Assembly: GCA_966095765.1 (NCBI GenBank)
Contig: CBHTSZ010000002.1
Span: 32,247-96,246, forward strand
Direction: 5' to 3'
DNA: 64,000 bases
Source of the DNA: an uncultured bacterium
Lineage (GTDB): Bacteria; Patescibacteriota; Saccharimonadia; Saccharimonadales; Saccharimonadaceae
The notes below the pieces were generated by a model. That model did not search any database, was not told the DNA's origin, and was given only the letters and a program-made list of their open reading frames with translations. The position numbers were made by a program, and so were the translations under genes. Positions 40,913 to 49,688 of this stretch are shown here, in pieces (position 1 is the stretch's first letter; each line of letters starts with the position of its first letter).

Positions 40913-41550
40913 GGTAGGAGGGCCACTCCCCACTGCTTCGATCTTGTTCTAATTTTGTTCTATATTTACGACTTTAAAAAAACTATATAAAAACATAGGG
41001 AAGTAACAAAGTCAAACAAATGTCAAAAAGTAGAGTAGTGGGGTGGTGTGAAAACAAACTGTGAAAAAGTCAAATAATGACATCGAGATGTGTGGATAAG
41101 TCTACAGGACGGTTCATGCGGCGACGTGTCAGAACGTAGGTAGTACTAGTACGAACAAAAGTGGTAATACATTTTGTATAGAACTACTTTTACAGGGCAT
41201 CTTTTACGAATAACGATAAAACTCCCCCGTTAGGGATGGATACGTAATCAACTATTTGCTACTCTATAAGTGTCGTAAAAGATATATTGTGCGACATAAA
41301 CTATATATCTCCGCTCATGGATACTAAGTCGACTTCTCCAAGTATCTGTTGCCTTGTTTTTGTGCATTTTTATCAAACTGCTCGCCAGTCATCGCCCTTT
41401 ACTTTTGTTGTCTCGTCCTTAACTATTTTTGCTACATTTTGATATACATAACTACTGACGCCAGAAAAACTATCAAGTCTATCGGTCATAAGTACGTTCT
41501 ACTTTTGTTCCATACTGCACTAACCGAAAATGTTATTACCAGTGAAGGTC

Positions 41551-41583
41551 GAGAAAAGAATAAGCCTCGGTATTTCGAGGCTT
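41551..41583 (-). terminator. intrinsic terminator of the ATPase gene
   Basis: aagcctcg-gtattt-cgaggctt. On the minus strand it is followed by attcttttctc. Confidence 0.6.
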
Positions 41584-41612
41584 ACGAGAATCATGCGGTG
41601 TAGTGAATGTGT

Positions 41613-44366
41613 TTAGCGAAGACGGATCTCTTCTTCACGAGGCTGAGCCTTTGGCGCAGCGGGTGGGTTGGGGGCCTCACTACCCTTTTTTTGTGGCGTA
41701 GACGCACTAGAGGTTTCAACGCCCGTAGATGACTTCTTTTTGCGTGAACGGCTGCGAGTACGCTTCTTCGGTGCGGTTGTCTCAGGAGCGTCTCCAGAAG
41801 GAGTAACGGCAGGGATTGCTCCCCCGCTCTGCTTAGGCGCGGCTACTGCGGGCTTAGGGCTAGCGTTGATAGCTGGTTTTGCGCTGGCATCGACTGGCCA
41901 CTTCTTTGCGAGCGTCTGGGACTGCGGTGCTGCAGGTTTAGGTGCTGATGCGCTAGAACTCGAGATAAGGCCTTGGATCTCGCGCTCCACGCTTTCACGA
42001 TCGCGTGCGTACTTGCGACGGCTACTATCAACGATGTGTTGCATGAAGTTGGTTTGACTCGGTGGGATGGTGAGTGTCGTGGCGCTAAAGGCCGGCGACT
42101 TTTCGCCCTTGATCACCATGTTGATGATGAAGTTACGGTTGTGCATCTGGAGGAGGTCGTTCGGTTCGAATTGTGGCTCAAACTGCTTGCCGAGCAGTGG
42201 TGCGTCATCGGCAGAGACACGGAAGCTGATCATCGTACCAACGTTACCAAAGACGGCGTCACGCACCGTGTCCTGCATCTGGGAAACGTACTGGTTCGCA
42301 ACGGTGAGGTTCAAGCCGTATTTACGCGCCTCTGAGAGGATGGTCGCAAAACTGTCTGTTGCAAAGTTCTGGAACTCGTCAACGTAGAGATAGAACGGAC
42401 GGCGGTCTTCTATCTTGGCGATATCAGATCGACTCATGGCTGCGAGCTGGATCTTCGTGACGAGGAATGAACCGAGAATGCCAGCGTTGTCCTCGCCGAT
42501 GAGACCCTTTGAGAGGTTAACGATGAGGATCTTGCCCTCGTCCATGATCTGACGGATATTGAACGTGCTTTTAGGCTGGCCGATGATATTACGGATGATC
42601 GGGTTGGCGGTGAATGCCCCTACCTTGTTAAGCACTGGCGCGACAGCTTCTGCCTGGAACTTATCGTTCCAGCTCGCGAACTCGATGTTCCAGAAATTCA
42701 GTACAACCGAGTCGTTACAATACTCGAGCGTTTCTTTGCGGAACTTCTTGTCAGTCAACATACGGGTGATGTCGAGCATGGTTGTGTCTGGGCGATCAAG
42801 CAGTGCGAGGATCGTGTAGCGGAGGATGTACTCGAGTCGCGGTCCCCAGCTATCACCGAACATACGCTTCAGTACGCCGATGATCTCAGAGCTGATGTTG
42901 TTCTTCTGGTTTGGGTCATAGACTTCCATCGGGTTGAATCCGAGCGGATACGCCGTGTCGGCTGGGTTAAAGTACACGACATCGTCGATACGATCAGCTG
43001 GGATAAAGTGCATGTTATTGACGGCAAAGTCACCATGCGGGTCAATGATAGCGTAGCCCTGCTTGTGGTAGACATCGGATAGTGCGAAAAGCTCGAGCAG
43101 GCCTGACTTACCTGCACCGGTCTGACCGATGATGTAGACGTGGCGTGAGCGGTCGTAACGGTAGAGGCCAAACTGTTGGTTGATACCGCGGAAGTTGGTG
43201 AGACCGAAGGCACTGATCTGTTCGTCATGCGCAGGATCACCGGTGATAACCGGTAGCTTGGCTGGCGGCTCGGCAGTCTTGTTGCTCGCCCAGACGATGT
43301 TAGGCGTCTCGACGTTGGTGTGCGGCAAGTGAAAGACAGACGCAAGTTCTTCGATATTGAGAATGTACCCGCGGTCTATAAAGAAACGGGCACGGTATTT
43401 CTCGATCTCTTCGCGGTTAAAGCTCGCCCCGCTCATACGGAAACCGTTGAGATTTGTTGAGTTGAACTGCTTGAAGGTTCCGACGAGTGCCTGCATGCTC
43501 TGCTTAGCGATCGCCTGGTTGTCGCCGAGATACGCGATGCGGATTTTGACCTGGTAGCCAAGTTTTACCGACTTTTTCTCGATCTCAGAGATACGTGTCT
43601 TGTCTCGTTCGGAAAGTTCAGGTGCTGATCCCCCCGCCCCCTGCTCTGGCGGCTTCCAAAGCGCCTCAAGTGCTTGCAGGAGGTATTTGCCACCTCCGCT
43701 CATGAGGTCGAAGTTGCCCTGCCCATTTCGGATACGGCTCGCAAATGAATTCGCACGTTTGTGCCAATCGTCGGCGATCGGACGAACCAGTACTTGGATC
43801 CAGACCTCTTCAGCGCTGTCCTCGAGCTTTGCGAGGGTTGCAGTGATACCTGCGAGCGGGTCGACCTCGAAGCTTTGGAAGGTTTTGATCGGCAGCATCT
43901 CGTTGTCGGTGAGCGTGAGCTCGGAGGTGTAGACAACGTTATGCTCGACTTCACGCCTTGTGTAGTCTTCATCGAGAGTATGTATCTGAACAGTTGGGTA
44001 TTGGGCGTAGATCTGTCCTTCGACGAAGTTCTGCAAGTGTTTTGGAACCCAGACGTAAAAGCGGATCAACTTATCGATCGCTGCAATCTCGAAGCTGATG
44101 TGCTCCTGAAGGCCGCCTGTCATGCGCAGCTCGCGCTTGTCGCGGAGAATACCGTGCAAGGACGCAAAGAGTTGTTCGGCAGCCATCTCGCTTTTGTCGT
44201 TTGCGCGCGGAATCTCAAGGGTGATGAGCACATGCTCGGTTGTGTCGATCGTTTCAGCCCGGCGATTGTTGCGCCATGCAAGATAAAGGAGCAAGAGAGC
44301 AAGTGGTACCCATATATACCACTTGAGAAGTAAGCCAAACAGCCATGCTATGAGATCACCCATCAC
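41613..44366 (-). CDS. membrane-anchored FtsK/HerA-superfamily ATPase, VirD4/TraG (type IV coupling protein)-like
   Basis: Two N-terminal TMs. Walker A GQTGAGKSG, Walker B FYLYVDEFQNF. Disordered Pro/Ala/Lys-rich C-terminal 120 aa. Confidence 0.7.
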   Translation of the reverse strand: MMGDLIAWLFGLLLKWYIWVPLALLLLYLAWRNNRRAETIDTTEHVLITLEIPRANDKSEMAAEQLFASLHGILRDKRELRMTGGLQEHISFEIAAIDKLIRFYVWVPKHLQNFVEGQIYAQYPTVQIHTLDEDYTRREVEHNVVYTSELTLTDNEMLPIKTFQSFEVDPLAGITATLAKLEDSAEEVWIQVLVRPIADDWHKRANSFASRIRNGQGNFDLMSGGGKYLLQALEALWKPPEQGAGGSAPELSERDKTRISEIEKKSVKLGYQVKIRIAYLGDNQAIAKQSMQALVGTFKQFNSTNLNGFRMSGASFNREEIEKYRARFFIDRGYILNIEELASVFHLPHTNVETPNIVWASNKTAEPPAKLPVITGDPAHDEQISAFGLTNFRGINQQFGLYRYDRSRHVYIIGQTGAGKSGLLELFALSDVYHKQGYAIIDPHGDFAVNNMHFIPADRIDDVVYFNPADTAYPLGFNPMEVYDPNQKNNISSEIIGVLKRMFGDSWGPRLEYILRYTILALLDRPDTTMLDITRMLTDKKFRKETLEYCNDSVVLNFWNIEFASWNDKFQAEAVAPVLNKVGAFTANPIIRNIIGQPKSTFNIRQIMDEGKILIVNLSKGLIGEDNAGILGSFLVTKIQLAAMSRSDIAKIEDRRPFYLYVDEFQNFATDSFATILSEARKYGLNLTVANQYVSQMQDTVRDAVFGNVGTMISFRVSADDAPLLGKQFEPQFEPNDLLQMHNRNFIINMVIKGEKSPAFSATTLTIPPSQTNFMQHIVDSSRRKYARDRESVEREIQGLISSSSASAPKPAAPQSQTLAKKWPVDASAKPAINASPKPAVAAPKQSGGAIPAVTPSGDAPETTAPKKRTRSRSRKKKSSTGVETSSASTPQKKGSEAPNPPAAPKAQPREEEIRLR

Positions 44367-44418
44367 TATTCCTTATTGTCTCGCAAACGGAGGCTTAGCG
44401 CAAACGTTATGACAACGT

Positions 44419-45459
44419 TTATTTTTCCGCCAATGCGTAGGTCGCCTTTGCGACGCGTTTGAATTCAGGTTTGCTCTGGAGATTGAGCAAAATAGTCGTT
44501 TCTTTTACCTGTCGGTCTTTGAGGACACGTTTGACGATTTCGTCACGGTGAAGCGGCTCGTTTGCCTTCTTGAGGACATCGGTGATGATGTCAGCAACGG
44601 TTCCCTTCTTGTAGCCCCATTCGCCAAGTGCGTAGACACCGCGACCGATGAGTACGAAGCGCTTGTCTTTGATCAGCTCGTTGTGAATAGCCTGTGTGGT
44701 GACGTCCTTGCGCTTGAAGTCACTGTCTTTGATCGCTTTGGCAATCTCAGAGAAGTGCATCGGCTTGCCGTTCTCCTGGAGGATAACGTAGATCTTGTCA
44801 CGAATGTTCTTTGGGTTGACGGTTGGCCACTTGGTAAGACCCCAGACGTCCTTGAGGTTGGCGAGGTTTTTGCTCAGTGATGCGAGCGCACGAACGTGGT
44901 CTGGGTGTTCGTAAGACAGTTTGCCGTGCAGTTCCTGTGCGGTTAACGTCTGGCCATGTTCTTTAACGGTCTTGACGACTTCATCAACTCGTTTTTTGAG
45001 TTGTTTCTCGTCGTGGTGTTCAGCGAGTGCGATGCCGGGGTGGTAGTGGTCGTTTTCGTTGAGTACAGCAAGCTTTGGCGCGAGCTCGGCGATAAAGGCA
45101 ACGTGTGCTTTGTCGCGGTCATTGGCGCTTGGGTTGATGCGCTCGGTGAGTTCAGAAAGACGTGCAGCACGACCCATCTCGTGGAGTTGCTCTACGAGGA
45201 AACGCTCGATGGCTTCGAGGTCGAGGCGGCCTTCTTCGGCTGCGATCTTAAGACGTATGAGGATGGCTTTCTCGAGCTGGCGAACACGCTCACGGGTGAT
45301 ACCGAGAAGTTCACCGATCTGCTCGAGGGTTTCTTTGCGGTCGAACAAGCCAAAACGACGTGAGATGATTTCTCGCTCACGTTCACGCTCAATACCATCA
45401 AGGATGGTACTTACCACTGATTTGATGTCAGGTGTTGTGGTTTCGGCGTTTGGACTCAT
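44419..45459 (-). CDS. sigma-70 region-4 domain protein with C-terminal HARE-HTH-like domain
   Basis: ETLEQIGELLGITRERVRQLEKAILIRLK (region 4.2 HTH). C-terminal KPMHFSEIAKAIK...FVLIGRGVYALGEWGY. Extended -10 TGcTATAAT upstream. Confidence 0.65.
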   Translation of the reverse strand: MSPNAETTTPDIKSVVSTILDGIEREREREIISRRFGLFDRKETLEQIGELLGITRERVRQLEKAILIRLKIAAEEGRLDLEAIERFLVEQLHEMGRAARLSELTERINPSANDRDKAHVAFIAELAPKLAVLNENDHYHPGIALAEHHDEKQLKKRVDEVVKTVKEHGQTLTAQELHGKLSYEHPDHVRALASLSKNLANLKDVWGLTKWPTVNPKNIRDKIYVILQENGKPMHFSEIAKAIKDSDFKRKDVTTQAIHNELIKDKRFVLIGRGVYALGEWGYKKGTVADIITDVLKKANEPLHRDEIVKRVLKDRQVKETTILLNLQSKPEFKRVAKATYALAEK

Positions 45460-45641
45460 GTTCTTCCTTCGTTAGTGCTATTTGTAGATGTTCATACATC
45501 AGATTTAATGACTATTATAGAACTTGTTTTTGGAAATGTCAAATATAATCTGTGATGTGTTTATTATAGCACATACTAGACGCTTATGGTAAATAGTATT
45601 TTGAGACTTTTATCCTGTGGATAATGTTGCATAGATAACGT

Positions 45642-45676
45642 AAAACCGCCCTACTCTACTCAGTACGGGCGGTTTT
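45642..45676 (-). terminator. topA terminator
   Basis: aaaaccgccc ... gggcggtttt 10-bp stem abutting the topA stop codon. Confidence 0.6.
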
Positions 45677-47984
45677 ACTTACGCTTGGTAGTGCGTCGGA
45701 ACGACTTCTTGGCTGGCGCTTCGTCGAGGAGTTTTTTAGCTTCCTCATGGGTGATTTTCTTGGGGTCAGTGTCTTTTGGGATCTTGGCGTTTTTCTTGCC
45801 GTCGGTGATATAGGGACCGTAGCGGCCGTTCAGCACCTTGATGCCGTCACCGAAGTCAGCGATATTCTTCTCTGCTTCGGCCTTGAGCTTGGCCTCAAAG
45901 AGTTCCAGTGCCTTCTCTAGGGTGACCGTGTGCGGGTCTTCGGGTTTGATGCTGACAAACAGCTTGTCTACTTGGATGTAAGGGCCAAAGCGACCGATGT
46001 TCGCCTTGATGTCTTTGCCGTCCTTTGTCTGACCGACGACACGAGGCAGCTTGAACATCTCAAGTGCTTGTTCGAGGGTTACGGTTTCGATACGAGTGCC
46101 AGCTGGCATCGGGGCAAACTGTGGTTTGTTTTCTTTGTCGTCGGTGTCACCGAGCTGGAGCATCGGGCCGAAGCGACCAAAACGGGCAATGATCGGTTTG
46201 CCGGTCTTCGGATCGGTGCCGACTTCCCGGCTGTTGCCGACAGTTGAGCGGTCGATGCCTCCAGATTGGACGATCAACTCGTGGAATGGCGTGTAGAAAT
46301 CAGCAAGCATCTTGTTGCGGTCCAGTTTGCTCTCGGCTATATCATCAAAGTGCTCCTCAACACTCGCCGTAAAACCATAGTCAACGACCTGCTCAAAGTG
46401 ATCGGTTAAGAAATCAGCGATGAGTTCTCCGCTCGGAGTCGGAACGAGCTTGCCTCGGTCGGCACCGGTTTTTTCAGTAACTATCTCACGCTCGACAGAG
46501 GTGCTCGGAGTGTAGGAAAGGACAATAACCTCACGCTCCTTGCCCTCGCCTTCACCTTTCTCGACGTAACCGCGGCTCTGGACGGTGTCGATGATCGTGG
46601 CGTAGGTGCTTGGGCGGCCGATACCGAGTTCCTCGAGCTTCTTGACGAGGCTACCTTCCGTGTAACGGGCTGGCGGACGGGCGAACACCTGTCGGGCGCT
46701 CGCGTTCTCGAGACCGAGGATGTCGCCACTGCTCATGGCCGGCAGTAGCTCTGCCTCTTTCTTGCTACCGCCATAAACACGGAGGAATCCGTCAAAGATG
46801 ACAACTTCACCCTTTACCTCAAACTTTTCAGAGCGAGATGAGATCGTGATGGTGACGGTTGTCTTCTCGAGCTTGGCTGGTGCCATCTGGCTTGCGAGCG
46901 TGCGGCGGCGGATCAGGTCGTAGAGCTTTTGGTCGTACTCGTTTGCTGAACCTTTTTCAAGCGCCATGTTGGTCGGGCGGATCGCTTCGTGAGCTTCCTG
47001 GGCACTCGCGTTCTTAGTCTTGAACTTACGCACCTGAACGTACTCTGGTCCGAAAGCCTCCTTTATATAGGTAGCGGCACTCGCGACAGCCTGGTCGCTG
47101 AGGTTCACAGAGTCAGTACGCATATAGGTGATCTTACCGTCTTGGTAAAGCTTCTGGGCACTCGACATCGTTGCCTTTGAACCAAAGCCAAGCTTGGCGT
47201 TTGCATCCTGTTGGAGCGTACTAGTCGTAAACGGTGCGGCTGGGTTACGAGTACTTGGACTTGTCGTAACGTCAGAGACGGTAAAGGTTGAGCCGTTTAG
47301 GCTTTCGAGAAATGCACGGGCTTCTTCTTCGGTGTCGAAGCGTTGTGGAAGTTCGGCTTTGACTTCGTCACTGCCATGCATAAAGATAGCCGTAATCTTG
47401 AAGGTAGAGCTGCCTTCGAAGGCGCGGATCTCACGCTCTCGTTCAACGAGTAGACGCACAGCTGGACTTTGGACTCGGCCAGCTGATTTGCCGCCAGGAA
47501 CCTTCTGCCAGACGACTGGGCTGAGTTCGAAACCTACGATACGGTCGAGGATTTGGCGGGCTTGCTGCGCTTGGACGAGATTCATGTCAACCGTGCGTGG
47601 GGTTTTGATAGCGGCGGTAATCGCGTCTTTGGTGATTTCGTGGAACACGATACGCTTGGTTGTCTTCGGGTCCAATCCGAGGACCTCACAGAGGTGCCAG
47701 GCGATTGCCTCCCCTTCGCGGTCTTCATCGGTTGCGAGCCAGACGGTTTCACTGGCTTTTACGGCCTTTTTGAGTTCCGTGATGACCTTTTTCTTTTCAG
47801 GGTCTACTTCATAGATAGTTTTAAAGCCGTTTTTGACGTCGATCGGCGGTGTGCCGTCTTTGGTCTTCTTGACGATAGAGCGGATGTGCCCGATCGATGA
47901 GAGCACTGTAAAATCACTACCGAGGTACTTCTCGATGGTTTTGGCTTTTGCCGGGGACTCTACGATAACGAGGTTTTTGCTCAT
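45675..47984 (-). CDS. topA: DNA topoisomerase I
   Basis: TOPRIM start MSKNLVIVESPAKAKTIEKYLG, catalytic Tyr region ITYMRTDS. Three C-terminal GRFGPY/GRYGPY repeats. Start reassigned to the ATG at 47984. Confidence 0.9.
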   Translation of the reverse strand: MSKNLVIVESPAKAKTIEKYLGSDFTVLSSIGHIRSIVKKTKDGTPPIDVKNGFKTIYEVDPEKKKVITELKKAVKASETVWLATDEDREGEAIAWHLCEVLGLDPKTTKRIVFHEITKDAITAAIKTPRTVDMNLVQAQQARQILDRIVGFELSPVVWQKVPGGKSAGRVQSPAVRLLVEREREIRAFEGSSTFKITAIFMHGSDEVKAELPQRFDTEEEARAFLESLNGSTFTVSDVTTSPSTRNPAAPFTTSTLQQDANAKLGFGSKATMSSAQKLYQDGKITYMRTDSVNLSDQAVASAATYIKEAFGPEYVQVRKFKTKNASAQEAHEAIRPTNMALEKGSANEYDQKLYDLIRRRTLASQMAPAKLEKTTVTITISSRSEKFEVKGEVVIFDGFLRVYGGSKKEAELLPAMSSGDILGLENASARQVFARPPARYTEGSLVKKLEELGIGRPSTYATIIDTVQSRGYVEKGEGEGKEREVIVLSYTPSTSVEREIVTEKTGADRGKLVPTPSGELIADFLTDHFEQVVDYGFTASVEEHFDDIAESKLDRNKMLADFYTPFHELIVQSGGIDRSTVGNSREVGTDPKTGKPIIARFGRFGPMLQLGDTDDKENKPQFAPMPAGTRIETVTLEQALEMFKLPRVVGQTKDGKDIKANIGRFGPYIQVDKLFVSIKPEDPHTVTLEKALELFEAKLKAEAEKNIADFGDGIKVLNGRYGPYITDGKKNAKIPKDTDPKKITHEEAKKLLDEAPAKKSFRRTTKRK

Positions 47985-48187
47985 ACGTCTAATGCTTATA
48001 ACTATACAGTCAATTGCCCATACTACGTGAAATGCTCGAAAATGCAAACGACAATGGTAATTTTATGTAGCGTTTCATGAGTAAGCATAAAAAGTATGTG
48101 ATATTTTTCACAATCCTGTTGACATGGGTATTTGACGGGAGCACACTGGAAATAAGTTCCCTGACAAAGAGACACAGAGCATTACTA

Positions 48188-48216
48188 TTGACAAAAACAC
48201 CGAAATATGGTAATTT
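48188..48216 (+). promoter_or_regulatory. promoter of cassette B
   Basis: TTGACA - 17 nt - TAATTT. Confidence 0.55.
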
Positions 48217-48294
48217 GCCATATGGTTCCGCTTTGTGCTTTAAAAAAGGCGAACAAGCACTTTCTCATCCGACCACTACGTAAGGAGTAGAATC

Positions 48295-48615
48295 ATGACC
48301 ATCGCTTCCGAAGCCCGGGTCGCGAACGCTTTCGAGCTGTCGCTCAACCTCGGTTTCAGTCTCAACGGCGACGAGGTCGAACGCGTGGCCGAGGTCATGC
48401 GTCACATCTCCGTGTACAACCACATGGAGGTGCAGATCCCCGCGCGCATGAGTGCGACCGAGCGTGCGCAGATGGTTGAGGATTTCCTCGGCCAGTTCCT
48501 GCCCCACAAGACGGCCAGCCTGCTGGCCAGCCGTCTCCGGAGTAACGTCGAAGGCCTGGTGGTTCTCCACTGCCCACGCGACCGTTACTTCACCCTGCTC
48601 GTCGAGCACAGCTGA
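48295..48615 (+). CDS. GC-rich hypothetical protein (cassette B, 106 aa)
   Basis: SD TAAGGAG 7 nt before the ATG. High third-position GC. Terminator at 48648-48685. No motif recognised. Confidence 0.65.
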   Translation: MTIASEARVANAFELSLNLGFSLNGDEVERVAEVMRHISVYNHMEVQIPARMSATERAQMVEDFLGQFLPHKTASLLASRLRSNVEGLVVLHCPRDRYFTLLVEHS

Positions 48616-48647
48616 CGCGCACTACTCCGACAATTCGGATGAGATAT

Positions 48648-48685
48648 CCGGCCACCCTAAGCGGTGGCCGGTTCTCATTTTCTGA
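48648..48685 (+). terminator. terminator of cassette B
   Basis: ccggccacc-ctaagc-ggtggccgg followed by ttctcattttctg. Confidence 0.7.
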
Positions 48686-48784
48686 GACTCGCTTGCTCGC
48701 TTATAAGACAAAACTACGTTTTTTTCTCATCGCGCCAGGCGCGGAGTAAATCCGCTGCTTGGGCTGCTCTTTTTCCTTAGCTTA

Positions 48785-49633
48785 CTAGAGGCACCAGCGA
48801 TTTGCGCCGAGCGGGCGTATGGCCCCGCGTATTTCGAGCATTGTCATCGTCTGCGAGTAGGCGTTGGGGTCGAGCTTGCTCGTTGCCTGTAGTTCATCGC
48901 CATCTGTTATGCCTCTGGCTAGCAAATCCAGGATTGCTTGCTCTTCTCTGCTTTGTGCAAGAACCGTAAGCTGCCCGCCTTGTGTTGTTGGTAGGAGCTG
49001 TTCTACAAACTGTTCGACATTGACGATCGGCGTGGCACCTTGGGCGATGAGCGCGTTACAGCCGGCGCTCATCGCACTGGTTATTGGCCCCGGTACGGCG
49101 TAGACGTCTCTACCCTGTTCGAGTGCGTGCATGGTGGTATTCATCGTGCCGCTGCGGATACTTGCCTCGGTGACGATAACGATATCGGCGAGGCCACTTA
49201 CTAGCCTATTGCGTTCGAGGAAGCGGTATTGGAGTGGTGGTGTGCCTGGTTCGTACTCGCTGATAAGTGCCCCGTTCTGCTCTACGATCTTATGTGCCAG
49301 GGCTCGGTGTGTGCTCGGGTAGATACGGTCCACTCCTGATGGAAGTACGGCGATTGTGCGGCCACCAGCTCCCAGTGTCGCTTCATGGGCGATGCTATCA
49401 ACGCCGTGAGCAAGCCCACTGACGATAATCGCCCCACGCTCTGCGAGTCGTGAGGCGATATCAGCGGTGACCTGGCGGCCATAGGTGGTTGGTTTGCGTG
49501 TACCGACGATGGCAATACCGAGCGTGTACTCTGGTAATGCGCCGATGCTATAGAGGTGCTTTGGGCGTTGCGGTATCTCCTGGAGTCGGGATGGAAACGT
49601 CGGATCTGTACCGCTTATGCTATTGATTTTCAT
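48785..49633 (-). CDS. dprA: DNA processing protein DprA (Smf)
   Basis: GLAHGVDSIAHEATL, Rossmann-like core, C-terminal winged-helix-like tail. Confidence 0.85.
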   Translation of the reverse strand: MKINSISGTDPTFPSRLQEIPQRPKHLYSIGALPEYTLGIAIVGTRKPTTYGRQVTADIASRLAERGAIIVSGLAHGVDSIAHEATLGAGGRTIAVLPSGVDRIYPSTHRALAHKIVEQNGALISEYEPGTPPLQYRFLERNRLVSGLADIVIVTEASIRSGTMNTTMHALEQGRDVYAVPGPITSAMSAGCNALIAQGATPIVNVEQFVEQLLPTTQGGQLTVLAQSREEQAILDLLARGITDGDELQATSKLDPNAYSQTMTMLEIRGAIRPLGANRWCL

Positions 49634-49653
49634 AAAAAAGGTGTTAAATAGTA

Positions 49654-49682
49654 TTGACTTTATGTCTAAACAGTGCTAATAT
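49654..49682 (+). promoter_or_regulatory. promoter of the orphan RNA locus
   Basis: TTGACT (49654-59) - 17 nt - TAATAT (49677-82). Confidence 0.55.
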
Positions 49683-49688
49683 ACTGTA

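Noticed and set aside
41288-41315. dif (XerCD) site in the post-ftsQ gap: tTGTGCGACATAA-ACTATA-TATCTCC resembles the XerC arm GGTGCGCATAA plus a central region.
   Set aside because: Only one arm matches, and only with an insertion. The XerD arm (TTATGTTAAAT-type) is absent in either orientation. Without skew data the location argument is empty.
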